Source: an uncultured Chthonomonadaceae bacterium (lineage in GTDB: Bacteria > Armatimonadota > Chthonomonadetes > Chthonomonadales > Chthonomonadaceae). Taken from it: 64,000 bases of DNA. The notes under the pieces were generated by a model. It saw nothing but the letters and a program-made list of their open reading frames with translations. It did not search any database and was not told the origin of the DNA. Both the position numbers and the translations under genes were made by a program. Below, piece by piece: positions 32,814 through 43,211 of the stretch. How positions within the stretch are numbered: position 1 is the stretch's first letter; each line of letters opens with the position of its first letter. The stretch spans positions 64,001-128,000 of the forward strand of contig CAWFQB010000003.1 of NCBI GenBank assembly GCA_963817895.1, written 5' to 3'.

Positions 32814-33461
32814 GTGAATTTAGATCGCCAGATATTTATAGAATTCAATGAACGGTTGCACAACAGCGTTTTCGACGCCATTCTGCCCATTCTCACTAAC
32901 GCGCTGCAATACCCGCTGTTCTGGCTGTTGATGCTGCCTCTCGCGTGGCTCTTATGGGCGCGGGGCGGCAAACAGGACCGAACGGTTCTCGCTCTTCTGA
33001 TTGTCATGCTGCCGGTTGTCAATACGGTCAGCAGTCATGTTCTCAAACCGTTGCTTCCCCGTCCGCGCCCCAGCGCCGTTCTCATCGTAGATGGCAAAGA
33101 AGAGTCGGTCGTACCCGGCGCGCGTCTGCCGGCGCACTGGAAACCGCTCGGCACGTCCTCATTCCCGTCCTCCCATTCCGCTGTTACCGCCGCTGCCGCC
33201 GTTATTCTCCTCTGGGGGTATCGCCGCCGAACCCGTCTTGCGTGGCTTGCGCTGCTGTTGCCGCTTACCATCGGCTACTCGCGGGTGTATGTGGGGGTTC
33301 ACTATCCCTCCGATGTGCTGGCCGGATGGACGCTCGGCTTTGCCCTGACCTCTCTGGTATGCTATCTGGTTGGGCGACAGCAACAAAATGCGTCTTCACC
33401 ACAGAGACACAGAGACACAGAGGGGTTACAGAGAAAAGGAGAGGAGGAGATCACGCATTAA
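32814..33461 (+). CDS. PAP2 family phosphatase
   Basis: K....RPRP, SFPSSHS, SRVYVGVHYPSDV; GTG start after GGAGG. Confidence 0.92.
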   Translation: MNLDRQIFIEFNERLHNSVFDAILPILTNALQYPLFWLLMLPLAWLLWARGGKQDRTVLALLIVMLPVVNTVSSHVLKPLLPRPRPSAVLIVDGKEESVVPGARLPAHWKPLGTSSFPSSHSAVTAAAAVILLWGYRRRTRLAWLALLLPLTIGYSRVYVGVHYPSDVLAGWTLGFALTSLVCYLVGRQQQNASSPQRHRDTEGLQRKGEEEITH

Positions 33462-33529
33462 ATGTACTCGCTTCCTCTCTTTTTGTTTTCCTCTGTGACC
33501 CCTCTGTGTCTCTGTGTCTCTGTGGTGAA
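33395..33529. repeat. Palindromic element with 39-bp arms built of ACAGAGAC(A/C)-type nonamers
   Basis: 33395-33433 pairs with 33491-33529 with one G-U; left arm lies in the PAP2 3' end. Confidence 0.9.
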
Positions 33530-33534
33530 AGAAT

Positions 33535-34437
33535 TTACCCCCCCTTCGCCACTTGCAGCAAGCCCTCCGCCGCTTTGAACTGTATGGCGAGTTCCTTCTT
33601 GACGCTTTCCCACGCGGCTTCATCGAAGGCGAGCCACTCCGCCACTTCAGGGTCGAGCGCGCCGGGCTGCGTGTGTTCCGATGTTTTGTAACCGCACTCC
33701 CATGCCAGCCACTCCCCCGCATGAACAATCAGCACCAGTTCCGAAATCTCTTTATAGCGCATGGGGTCGTGATGCCCGCCCATGATGGATACCAGATGCT
33801 GCGGAAAATTCCAGTGTTCGCCGATGCGCCGCCCCACAGTAGCATGGTCGAGCCCCAGCACCATGAGTTCGGCGTCACGGGCCGATTTGGATTCGCGAAC
33901 GGCAAAAGCCATCGCGACGGCGTACTGAACGGGAAAATAGCTGTCCAGAAATAATGCGCCCACATCGTGCAACAGACCGCCGACAAATGCCTCTTCGCCC
34001 GCGCTGCGCACTTTGGGCAGGCGTTTTTTGCCGATGATGTTGCCCGCGATTCCCGTTGCCACAGAGTGTTCCCAGAACTGCGTCCGGTTCAGGCCGTAGG
34101 GCATGCTTTTCTGACTGAGCAGCCCGAAAGCGGAAACGCCCAGCACCAGATTGCGCACCGTGTTGTAGCCCAGAATTACAATCGCTTGCGTCAGTGTGCT
34201 GATGCGCTTGGGAAAGCCGTAATAGGCCGAGTTGACGATGCGCAACACTTTGGACGCTAGCCCCTGATCCATAGAAATCAGGCGGTTGAGTTCCTCGGAA
34301 GAGGTATCCGGGTTATTGATCGTCTCCATGATACGCGCTACGACTGCCGGCAAAGGAGGCAGGTCCGCCAGCTTTTTCTCCAGTGTCTGGTTGAAAACCG
34401 TACGGTCAATACGTATTGATTTTATATCAGGCGGCAT
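33535..34437 (-). CDS. HDOD domain protein
   Basis: LPPLP, DQGLASKVLRIVNSAYYG, FWEHS, GLLHDVG, DHA.VG..WNFP. Confidence 0.92.
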   Translation of the reverse strand: MPPDIKSIRIDRTVFNQTLEKKLADLPPLPAVVARIMETINNPDTSSEELNRLISMDQGLASKVLRIVNSAYYGFPKRISTLTQAIVILGYNTVRNLVLGVSAFGLLSQKSMPYGLNRTQFWEHSVATGIAGNIIGKKRLPKVRSAGEEAFVGGLLHDVGALFLDSYFPVQYAVAMAFAVRESKSARDAELMVLGLDHATVGRRIGEHWNFPQHLVSIMGGHHDPMRYKEISELVLIVHAGEWLAWECGYKTSEHTQPGALDPEVAEWLAFDEAAWESVKKELAIQFKAAEGLLQVAKGG

Positions 34438-34743
34438 AAGCCTTCTCATCCTCCCCTGCGGCAACGGCCATAATTGTCGAACGCATATCTATATTCGGAC
34501 GCGCGGGGAAACAACTTTAGAGAACTTCAGAGAACTTTTGAAGGGCGGCAGGAAAGCCGCAATAGCATGAAGAATGAACATTGCTGTTCGCGAGGCTGTC
34601 AATGAAACGATAAACACGCCCCGTAATCATGCGGTATTTGCATGAATTATGCTATTTATGTCAAAATTCGCTGTCACAAACGTTCGTATTTTCTCGTTGC
34701 TGTGGAATAATAGAACCATACAGCGGCGGATTAAGAGGTTATT

Positions 34744-37287
34744 ATGATCAACCTGCCTGAAGAAGTGTCCCGTTCCCTGCGCGGCGCGACACAATCTGCC
34801 GATAGTAAACCACAGCTAAAAACGGGGCCGCGATTGCGGCCCAAACCCTATAGAAAGCAAGCAAATACCGTTCGATGGTTCGCGCAGGCCATTGTATTAA
34901 CGGCAAGCGCACTCGGGACGCGCGCTATTTTGCCCCACACAGCAATGGCAAACACAACGCTTCCTGTCAAAGAAGACAGGCTCATTATTGCCCGCCCCGC
35001 CGGCAAAACGACATCCAGGCGGGTTCAGCGTCAATCGGCGCGCGTAGATGTCCGCCGCGCCCCTTCCACCCGCGCTTTGTTTCAGTATCGGCGCGACGAT
35101 ACCACGCCGAATAAAGTAACCCTTGTGCAGATAGACGCGGCGAAGCAGGCGGCAACGCCGGTCAGTCCGAATATCTTCGGCAACTTTATCGAGCATCTCG
35201 GCGGCGTGGTCTATCAGGCGCTCTGGTCACAGATTTTGCTCAACCCGAACTTGGAGCGCATCGAAGCCCGCGATATCCTGCCCAATGCCTGGCAGAAATC
35301 GGGCGCGGCCACCTGGCAGGCGGACGGTTTCAAGTCGCCCATGTACATGCGGCTCGGCCCGGATACGAAGAAGACCACTTCCTCGGGATTTCTGCCGGAC
35401 AGCAGACTGGCCGCGCCGGTCGCAAGGTTATCCGTCGCGAGTGGCGGCAACGTCGAAAGCGCGGGGCAACAGCGCAAATCGGGTTCCGTATTGCAGATCG
35501 GCTGGAAGCAATCTGTATCCCGTCCTGCCACGCTATGGCAGCACGTTTCCCTGCCCGCGCAGCGAGTCACGCATTATAATGTAACGCTTGTAGCGCGCGC
35601 CCCAATGGGAACCGGCAAGATTCGAGTCACGCTGGCGCGGGAACAGGAAACAGAAGAGGAGAAGAGGAGAAGAGGAGAAGAGGAGAAAGCAGCAACCCTA
35701 TCAACTCTCAACTCTCAACTCTCAACTACATTTGCGGTGACGCAAACGAACTGGCAGGCGTTTCGCTGTACCCTTGTCGTGCCGAAATCGGCTACGCCGG
35801 AAGAGAATCTGTGGCGTTTTATGATTGCGCATGAGGACGGGCAGGCGGTAGACGTGGATCAGGTGGAGATGCTGCCGAGCGACAGCATGGACGGGTTCGA
35901 CCCGGAAGTTGTGGGCCGAACAAAAGTGTGGGGCGTTCCGCTGTTGCGCTATCCGGGCGGCAATTTCGCCAGCGGCTACAACTGGCAGGACGGGGTTGGC
36001 CCTCACGCGAATCGCCCGACTCGACGCAACCCGGCGTGGGGCGGCGTGGAACCCAACCATGTCGGCACGAACGAGTTTATGACGTTTGCCCGACTGGTGG
36101 GCGCGACGCCGCAACTGACCGTCAATGCGGGGGACGGAACGCCGCAGGAGGCCGCCGAGTGGGTGCGCTACTGTAACGCGCCCGCCGCTAACGATAAATG
36201 GGGCCGGATGCGGGCGGCGAACGGCGCGACAAAACCGTTCGGCGTGAAAATCTGGGAAGTGGGCAACGAACTGTACGGCGGCTGGCAGATCGGACACGCG
36301 GAAGCGCAGGATAACGCCAACCGTTTCGTGAAATTCCGCGACGCCATGCTTCAGGCCGACCCGACGCTGCGCCTGATCGCGACCGGAAAGGGCGACGAGT
36401 TCACGCCCACAGGCCAGAAGCGCGACGATGCGTGGAACGACGCGCTGTTGCAAGCCGCGGCAAAAGACGGCGGACAGGCGCCCGACTGGATTTCGCTGCA
36501 TCCTCTCGTTCCCCTGCCGGATTACGCGAAGGGCGCGACGTATGACGAACAGTTGGAAAGCGCCCTTGCGCATCCGACCTATTTGGATAACACGCTGATA
36601 CCAGACGTAATCGGCCACATTGAGGCCGTTGAGGGTAAACACGCGCACACTCGTATCGCGATTACGGAGTGGGGAATCATTGTTGGCGGCAGGGAGTGGG
36701 AAAGCGGCCCGAACCATGACACGCTTTCGGGAGCCATTTACAACGCTCTAGCCCTGAACGCTATGCTGCGCAACAGCGATTGGGTGACGCTGGCGAACAT
36801 GACCGCGCTGCTGCACGGCGGCGGCATTAAAAAGTGGGAAGGCATCGTGTACGTGGACCCGCAGTATTACACGCAGCAGATGTATACGCTGGCCCATCCC
36901 CACGCGCCGATTGCCACGACGACAACAGGGCCGGGAAGCGATGTGCCTGCGCGGGGGCAAATGCCCGCCGTGAAAGACGCGCCGGATGTCGACGTGTTCG
37001 CCGCCCGAACGCAAAACCATCGGAAACTGGTCGTGTTCGCCGTCAACCGTCACCGGAGCGAAGCCCGCGCCTTGCGCCTGCAAGTGGATCATTTCCAGAC
37101 GCAAGGGGTTTCGGCCACCCTGCTGACCGCCGATAACCCGCAGGCGCGTAATACATTGGCCTCGCCCAATGCCGTAGAACCGCGCCCGATGGAGGTTCCC
37201 GCGTGGCCGACCGAACCCGGAACCGACTGGCAAATCAGCATCCCGCCCCATTCGCTGGTTGTTCTGACATTGGAGGGGAAAGGTTAA
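34744..37287 (+). CDS. Alpha-L-arabinofuranosidase (GH51)-like, start uncertain
   Basis: IFGNFIEHLG, RYPGGNF..YNWQDGVGP, WEVGNE, AITEWG. Confidence 0.88.
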   Translation: MINLPEEVSRSLRGATQSADSKPQLKTGPRLRPKPYRKQANTVRWFAQAIVLTASALGTRAILPHTAMANTTLPVKEDRLIIARPAGKTTSRRVQRQSARVDVRRAPSTRALFQYRRDDTTPNKVTLVQIDAAKQAATPVSPNIFGNFIEHLGGVVYQALWSQILLNPNLERIEARDILPNAWQKSGAATWQADGFKSPMYMRLGPDTKKTTSSGFLPDSRLAAPVARLSVASGGNVESAGQQRKSGSVLQIGWKQSVSRPATLWQHVSLPAQRVTHYNVTLVARAPMGTGKIRVTLAREQETEEEKRRRGEEEKAATLSTLNSQLSTTFAVTQTNWQAFRCTLVVPKSATPEENLWRFMIAHEDGQAVDVDQVEMLPSDSMDGFDPEVVGRTKVWGVPLLRYPGGNFASGYNWQDGVGPHANRPTRRNPAWGGVEPNHVGTNEFMTFARLVGATPQLTVNAGDGTPQEAAEWVRYCNAPAANDKWGRMRAANGATKPFGVKIWEVGNELYGGWQIGHAEAQDNANRFVKFRDAMLQADPTLRLIATGKGDEFTPTGQKRDDAWNDALLQAAAKDGGQAPDWISLHPLVPLPDYAKGATYDEQLESALAHPTYLDNTLIPDVIGHIEAVEGKHAHTRIAITEWGIIVGGREWESGPNHDTLSGAIYNALALNAMLRNSDWVTLANMTALLHGGGIKKWEGIVYVDPQYYTQQMYTLAHPHAPIATTTTGPGSDVPARGQMPAVKDAPDVDVFAARTQNHRKLVVFAVNRHRSEARALRLQVDHFQTQGVSATLLTADNPQARNTLASPNAVEPRPMEVPAWPTEPGTDWQISIPPHSLVVLTLEGKG

Positions 37288-37366
37288 GGGTTGAGGGTTG
37301 AGGATCATTGACACCAAACCGCGCTCTATTGCTCATTTGCCAGGCGCGCGGTTTCTATCTGCATCA

Positions 37367-37732
37367 CTAAGGAAGACGCGTAATCACCACCCGCCCGCCA
37401 TCCTTGAATTCAATCAGCACTTCGTAGCCATCCAAAAGTGATGTGCCGAGCAGAGGTATGCCTTCGGCTTCTAAAACATCAACGTTGCGCTCTGCGCCAT
37501 CCCAGAGTATCACGGCTTTGTGAACAGCCATCAGAGTGGTACTGCCATCTGCCAGCGTTGCAGGACGGTAGTGGTCCAATGGCAAGCCAAGCGCGGCAAT
37601 AGCGGCAGACGGCAGCGTGAGTTGGCCCGTAAACCCGGTATCCAGCGCGACATCAGCATTGCCCTGAATACTCACGCCGCGTATGGTGAGCATCAGCAAC
37701 GCGTGTCTGCCGGAAACCATACCCTGCATCAT
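37367..37732 (-). CDS. Clan AA aspartic protease, AF_0612-like
   Basis: LDTGFTG, LADG, PLLGTSLL. Confidence 0.88.
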   Translation of the reverse strand: MMQGMVSGRHALLMLTIRGVSIQGNADVALDTGFTGQLTLPSAAIAALGLPLDHYRPATLADGSTTLMAVHKAVILWDGAERNVDVLEAEGIPLLGTSLLDGYEVLIEFKDGGRVVITRLP

Positions 37733-38016
37733 TGTTTTACTCTCCGAGGCCCACTGCCAAACCCATCAACGGCCTCGTAACCAATACGCAACGCGCAAAA
37801 AACAGCGTTCGGATGTCGCTGGCGCAGGCGTTCACTGGCGGCTACGCCCACATCGTCTATTTCGTAGTCGCCGGTATCTGCATCAATCATGATGATTTTG
37901 CCGTCATAGACATTCTCCACCTGCGCGCGGATGTGCTGCTCGTATAAATTCTTGACCCGCTTGTAAATCTCTTCAGGACTATTTTGCGTGACAGCCACGA
38001 CGACACTCCTTTCCAA
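37729..38016 (-). CDS. Small protein (DUF5678-like) coupled to the aspartic protease
   Basis: GKIIMIDADTGDYEID..LRQRHP..LRIGY; ATGA overlap. Confidence 0.7.
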   Translation of the reverse strand: MERSVVVAVTQNSPEEIYKRVKNLYEQHIRAQVENVYDGKIIMIDADTGDYEIDDVGVAASERLRQRHPNAVFCALRIGYEAVDGFGSGPRRVKQ

Positions 38017-38262
38017 ATTCCGCTGGATATACGTGTTGAAACTTTACGGGTGTTGACGCGCCGCCTTCGCAACGGCAGTATACAAATCGAGGATAGACGC
38101 AGGGCAATTGCCTTAACTGCTTGTGCTGTCGCTATAACGCCGCCCCCTGCTAGCAGAAGCAGATGTTGTAGTATGATACCGCAAAATTGATTTGGGCGAA
38201 GGGTTGTAAGCAGAACAATCGCAAAGCGGTTGGTTCTCTGAACTTTATAGCGCAGAAACTAC

Positions 38263-40154
38263 TCAGGAGAGGTCGGCGCCTTCTAGCGCGTACTGGACCA
38301 CTTCCTGTAGAGACATTTCGCGCCCCACCTGCCATTCCGCTGCAAACACGTTTTTATCCAGCGCGGCGCGCGTCGCCGTGACATCCATTTGATAGTGCAT
38401 GCGCTCCGAAGGCGGCGGATGGTCAATGCCGCTTTCCCGAATGGCCTGCGCCGCTCCAAAGAGGCGCGCGGCCTTCACAGGCTGTTCCTGCTTGAGTTTC
38501 AGGGAGGCATAGCCTTCCAGCACTTCCGCAATCATGGCGGGATGGGCGACATTTCGATAGCGTTTCAGCGCAAGCCAGAAACAGTTTTCCGCTTCCGCGT
38601 AGTGGCCCTGATACATCGCGACGTCGGCCAGATTATACAGGGAGTTGGCGTAATTGGCTGCAAGCCCTAACTTTTCGCGAATGGACGCGCTTTTCTCATA
38701 GTAAATCTTCGCTCGCGCATACTGCTGCGCTTGAAATTCCAGCAAGCCCAGATTATCAAGCACTCCCGCCAGCTTGTCCTCATCTCCGATTTCCTCGAAC
38801 ATCTGCCGCGCGGTGTTGTACCGGTCCCGCGCGGTTGGCGTAGTTCTGCTCCTGCGATTTCAGATTGGCGTAACTGTTTAGCAGCGCGGCAAGTCCGTGT
38901 TTGTCCGCGCGGCTTTCTGCGGTGGCAAGCCGCTTCTCATAGATAGCGCGACTCTCCTCAAATCGCTTACGCGCCTGACGGAAATTTCCCTGATGACGCT
39001 TCAGTATCGCCATCCGCCGCAAAGCGTTCGCTACCTCGCGTTCTTGCCCCAGCCGTTTGAAAAGCGCCAGCGCCTCCCTGTACAGCCTCTCCGCCTGAGG
39101 CATATCGGCAAGCGATGCCAGTATTATCAGAGCCTGCCCGCGCCAGATGGTGGGTTTTTCCGCGCCGGGACGAGTTAGCGCGCGTTCCAGCCACTGCTGC
39201 ATTTCAAGGCGCGTGCTGCCTTCAATCGGGCGCATGGTGAGCGCAATCACGAAGCGCAGCGTGGTTTCCACATCCCCATGCTCCAGATACCACTCCAGAG
39301 CGCCTTTCAATTCCGGGAATAAAGGGCGCAACTGCTCCTCGATAGCAAAGTCGCCGTTTCGGGGAAATGTCGAAGTTGGAGTGCTTTTCCGCGCTTTCCA
39401 GCGCCATTTTGCAATAGCGTTCGGCAAAACCGCGCGCTATCGCGGCTGTATCCTGCGTTTGCCGCAAGCGTACAAACAGTTCGTTGTTGATCCGTTCCAC
39501 GCTTATCAGGCCATACGCCTGTAGACGGGATACATGCTGCTCGGCGCCGGGTTCATGACATATCTCCGCCAGGTCTTCGACAGGAACAATTCCCGGCAAT
39601 GACGCCAGGCAGGCAAGCAGTCGCTGTAGCGCAGGCTCCAGGACGATTGCCGTCATGCCCTCTTCCCCAGATGCAGGCGGTTCCGGTTCCTGCCGGACCG
39701 AACCGATTTGCGCTATATCTTCCTCAATGCCGCGCGCAAGGCGCGCGGTTTCTGTCACACGCCGTTCCGAGAACAAATTTTCTTCTCTCTGTACGCGCAT
39801 CGGGTTGGGCGCAGCCGAAACCATGTCTTCGCGTGTTTGTCGCGTCCGCGACACGCGCCCTGCGTCAGAAGACGGCTGAAAAGAGATTTTATCTTCTTCC
39901 CCTCCTTCCCGTGGAGCAGCGGGCGCAAGCGATTCGCCATTTGACAGACGGATTAATTCTTCCGGGGGAATATCAAGCGCTCTGGCGATAGCGCGCAACG
40001 TGCCGGGGCGCACTGTCTGATTCTGTTCAACGCGCCGGAGAGAGGCGATGCCGATACCGGCTTTACTGGCCGCCTGCTCTTGATTTAATTTTAGCGACTG
40101 GCGAGCAGATTTGATTCGCAAAGCCAGGTTCTCAGGTGGGGATAAAACGTTCAT
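38263..40154 (-). CDS. XRE-HTH / winged-helix / TPR regulator (frameshifts near 39350 and 38836)
   Basis: IKSARQSLKLNQEQAA..LRRVE HTH; TPRs; AARLFGAA..RAAL..W..GREMS tail. Confidence 0.75.
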
Positions 40155-40233
40155 TGTAAGTTTAGTATACTCGCTACATCTGCGCCCCGCGAGAAATTAT
40201 TAATGAGAAATACCGACACTGCCTACTAATCAC

Positions 40234-40296
40234 TTGACTCCTTAAACTGTAAGGTGTATACTGGTGAAAACTGATTTATTAGCAAATCAATCAGTT
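40234..40296 (+). promoter_or_regulatory. Sigma70 promoter TTGACT-N17-TATACT and downstream palindrome AACTGATT-N12-AATCAGTT
   Basis: Hexamers at 40234-40239 and 40257-40262; inverted repeat at 40269-40296. Confidence 0.65.
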
Positions 40297-40339
40297 AACT
40301 AAATTTTTATTCCGACGAACAACTGAAAGGAACACCAAA

Positions 40340-41170
40340 ATGCGTCAACTTACGCGCTACACGCTTTTTTCCTTTGCTGCCCTCGCGGTCACGAGTACGT
40401 TTCAAAGCGTGGCATTTGCTCAAGTTTACACTTCTGTCAACTTTACGAAGAACAGAAACATGCAGACTGATTTGGATTCGGCTTTTCCTGTGGGCAACTT
40501 TACGGCGAACAATACGTTTGCCACGCCCTTTCTTCTTGACAGCGACAATTCCGGTCGCAACTACTTCAATACTCTGTATCAGGCAGGTTCCAACCCGCGC
40601 GGCCTCGACATTCCTGTCAACATATTCGGCGTGACGCAGGCGTACACTCTTATCAACAACTTATATGGAGCTGTGGGGCCAACGAGTTACGCCTCTGTCG
40701 AGTTCATCGGCTCTGCGGGGGCGGACCAAAAGTTCAACTTGATTGGCAATCGGGACATTCGAGATTTTTTCAACGGTAGTTTCACAACCCTGATCAACGG
40801 CACTTCAACGAAGAATGCGTTTCAGATTACGAACACAGGGAATGCAGGAGGCAATCCGACTTTCGGAACGTACCGTCTGGACGAGCAACAGTTCATTCTT
40901 GCGCCTGCCTTTGCCACACAAACGTTGGTAGATATTCGTTGGGCGGACAATGGAGCAACGAATGTGCAGCGTACCTTTCTGGCGGGAGTAACTGTTTTCA
41001 CTCCTGCTATAACGCCTGAACCTGGCGTACTGTCCTTTCTGGCGGGTATGTTGGTAACGGGCGGGCTAATGCTGTGTCGAAGACAGAAGCTGGTAAAAGA
41101 AGCGGCAGACAAAACAAACCAGTTCCTGTCAGACAAGGGTATGGCGCAGTCACTACATCGGAGGCCATGA
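40340..41170 (+). CDS. PEP-CTERM-type exported protein
   Basis: Signal peptide; TPEPG + hydrophobic stretch + RRQK. Confidence 0.8.
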   Translation: MRQLTRYTLFSFAALAVTSTFQSVAFAQVYTSVNFTKNRNMQTDLDSAFPVGNFTANNTFATPFLLDSDNSGRNYFNTLYQAGSNPRGLDIPVNIFGVTQAYTLINNLYGAVGPTSYASVEFIGSAGADQKFNLIGNRDIRDFFNGSFTTLINGTSTKNAFQITNTGNAGGNPTFGTYRLDEQQFILAPAFATQTLVDIRWADNGATNVQRTFLAGVTVFTPAITPEPGVLSFLAGMLVTGGLMLCRRQKLVKEAADKTNQFLSDKGMAQSLHRRP

Positions 41171-41176
41171 AAGGCA

Positions 41177-41734
41177 ATGACAACCATGAAAACCTTATCC
41201 ACTCGCTGTTCCGTGACGCTTCTCGTTGTCTCCTGTGTAGCAGCGCCTTCGCTGTCGCCTTTGCGCGGCGCGACGTTGGCGCAGTCCCATAATGGGAAGC
41301 ATAAACCCGCTGCCCATCATGCAAGCGGGCCGCTATTGGTTCGCGTTGCGGGAGCGCAATTGGCGGAAGCAAAAAAGGCGCTCGGCAAGGAACTTCCTGA
41401 GAGCGCTAATATGCCGGAGGGAGACACTATGTTCTCCGGCAGCGCCTGTGGTTGCGACAAAATCAACATCTTTGCAAACGAGAAGGGCAAGATTATCAGC
41501 GTCAGCGCCTATTTTACCCATGAACTTACCTGGCAGGAAGCCTTGAAAAAGGTAGGACTTTCTGACAAAGGCGTGACGGCTAAGGCGAGTGCCATGCCGC
41601 CCCTGCCGGATTTAACCAGGACGGAAACCACGCTTATGGGCGTTCCGGGTGTGAAACCAGGCTTTCGCGCATACTTTTACACGGAAGTACGCTCCGCCGG
41701 GGAGAATACGTACAAGTTCGTCATCGAGAAGTAA
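41177..41734 (+). CDS. Exported hypothetical protein
   Basis: N-terminal hydrophobic signal, AAAGG RBS, operonic spacing; a decayed paralog lies at 50651. Confidence 0.7.
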   Translation: MTTMKTLSTRCSVTLLVVSCVAAPSLSPLRGATLAQSHNGKHKPAAHHASGPLLVRVAGAQLAEAKKALGKELPESANMPEGDTMFSGSACGCDKINIFANEKGKIISVSAYFTHELTWQEALKKVGLSDKGVTAKASAMPPLPDLTRTETTLMGVPGVKPGFRAYFYTEVRSAGENTYKFVIEK

Positions 41735-41758
41735 GCCTCGCAGTAAGGAGGAGCCTCC

Positions 41759-43030
41759 ATGTTCCGTCGCGCTTTTTTAGCATTGCTCTGCTATTTCTGG
41801 CTGTCTTGCGGTTTCGTTTCTGCGCAAACGGACGGCTACCGGCAGGCGATGGCGCAATTCGAGGCTGCCAAACGCATCGGCGATTACGTCGGGGGCGAAC
41901 AGCGTATTTCAGAAGCGCTCAAATACGGGCATGGAGATGAGTACGCCTGGCGATCCCTGGCGTGGTGCCAATCCCATCAGGGCAAGTGGCAGGAGTCGCT
42001 TGCTACCGCCAATGAAAATGTTCGGCGCAATGGACAGACCGCCTGGAGTTTACTTCAACTCTACGAGTTCAACATGGGCGCGGGAGATTTTCGCGTTGCG
42101 GGGCAGGCGTTGGAGGCGGCGGGCAATCTGCGGGACTGGCAGGGGATTGACCTGCGCAAAACTTACGAGCAGTACCTTGCTCGCATATCTTCCAAAACGT
42201 ATGACGTTGAAATCGAACTCGCGCCTGCCGGACACCACGAGCATGGCAATGTCCGTTTTCTGATTCCCATGAACTGCGAACGACAGCAGTTTGTTGCCCG
42301 CGTGGTTCAGGGCGCAGACAATCCAAAATTTACCTCCAATGAGGGCAAAGAGTTTTTGGAGGCGACGCTGATTGAAGGACAAAGAGCCACTCTGAAGGGC
42401 AAACTGACGCTCAAACCCTATCTGGTCGGCTCGAAGATGCTGGCGGCGTCAAGCCCCGAAGACGCCGCCACCATGCAGGCTTACCTGGGCAAATTTCGGC
42501 ACGGCGGGCGGAACACCTACGATCCACAACTGCCGGAGCTTCAGGAAATCTCTTCGCGTCTGGACGGCGGCACCGCGCTGCAACGCGCGTCGGCCATACT
42601 CCTGTGGCTACGCAAGAATTTCCGCTATGAAGACCTGAAAGTGGATGACCTGCCCTCCATCATCGCCGCGCATCATGGCGTATGCCACCACTATTGCGGT
42701 TTATTTTGCGCGCTGGCGCGATCTCTGCAAATTCCCACCCGAATCCTGCATGTCACCGTGATGCCTGACATTGCGCTTAACGAAACCGCCACCATCAACA
42801 AGCCGGGAACGCCTACAAAGGCGCACGGGCAGAATGAAGTCTGGCTCGGCTCCATCGGCTGGATTCCCCTCGAACCGCAGCGCCCGGAAAGTCTGGGCAA
42901 CTATATCAATTCCGTAATGCTGTTCGACCGCGCGGGCAACGGAACAAACGACGACCACTGGCGGTTTCGCTCGACGCAGGGTTGCCCTATGACCATCCGG
43001 CTTGTCAACACCGCGCCTGGTATCAATTAG
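41759..43030 (+). CDS. Exported TPR + transglutaminase-like (papain-fold) protein
   Basis: Signal peptide; GVCHHYCGLFCALARSLQIPTR, HGQNEVWL..GWIPLEP. Confidence 0.85.
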   Translation: MFRRAFLALLCYFWLSCGFVSAQTDGYRQAMAQFEAAKRIGDYVGGEQRISEALKYGHGDEYAWRSLAWCQSHQGKWQESLATANENVRRNGQTAWSLLQLYEFNMGAGDFRVAGQALEAAGNLRDWQGIDLRKTYEQYLARISSKTYDVEIELAPAGHHEHGNVRFLIPMNCERQQFVARVVQGADNPKFTSNEGKEFLEATLIEGQRATLKGKLTLKPYLVGSKMLAASSPEDAATMQAYLGKFRHGGRNTYDPQLPELQEISSRLDGGTALQRASAILLWLRKNFRYEDLKVDDLPSIIAAHHGVCHHYCGLFCALARSLQIPTRILHVTVMPDIALNETATINKPGTPTKAHGQNEVWLGSIGWIPLEPQRPESLGNYINSVMLFDRAGNGTNDDHWRFRSTQGCPMTIRLVNTAPGIN

Positions 43031-43211
43031 CATGACATAAAGCCGGAAACAGGAGCGGAACCGCACTACAGGCACTTGTAGCTCTTTGTAATTATTATAT
43101 TTCGTGATTGAATTAATAATTGAAAATTACACTTGCCAATAACCCTGAAATCAGATATGTGTTCCGTTTGCGGTCGTATGAGCTTACAAAACAAAGGAGG
43201 CGAATCACGCG

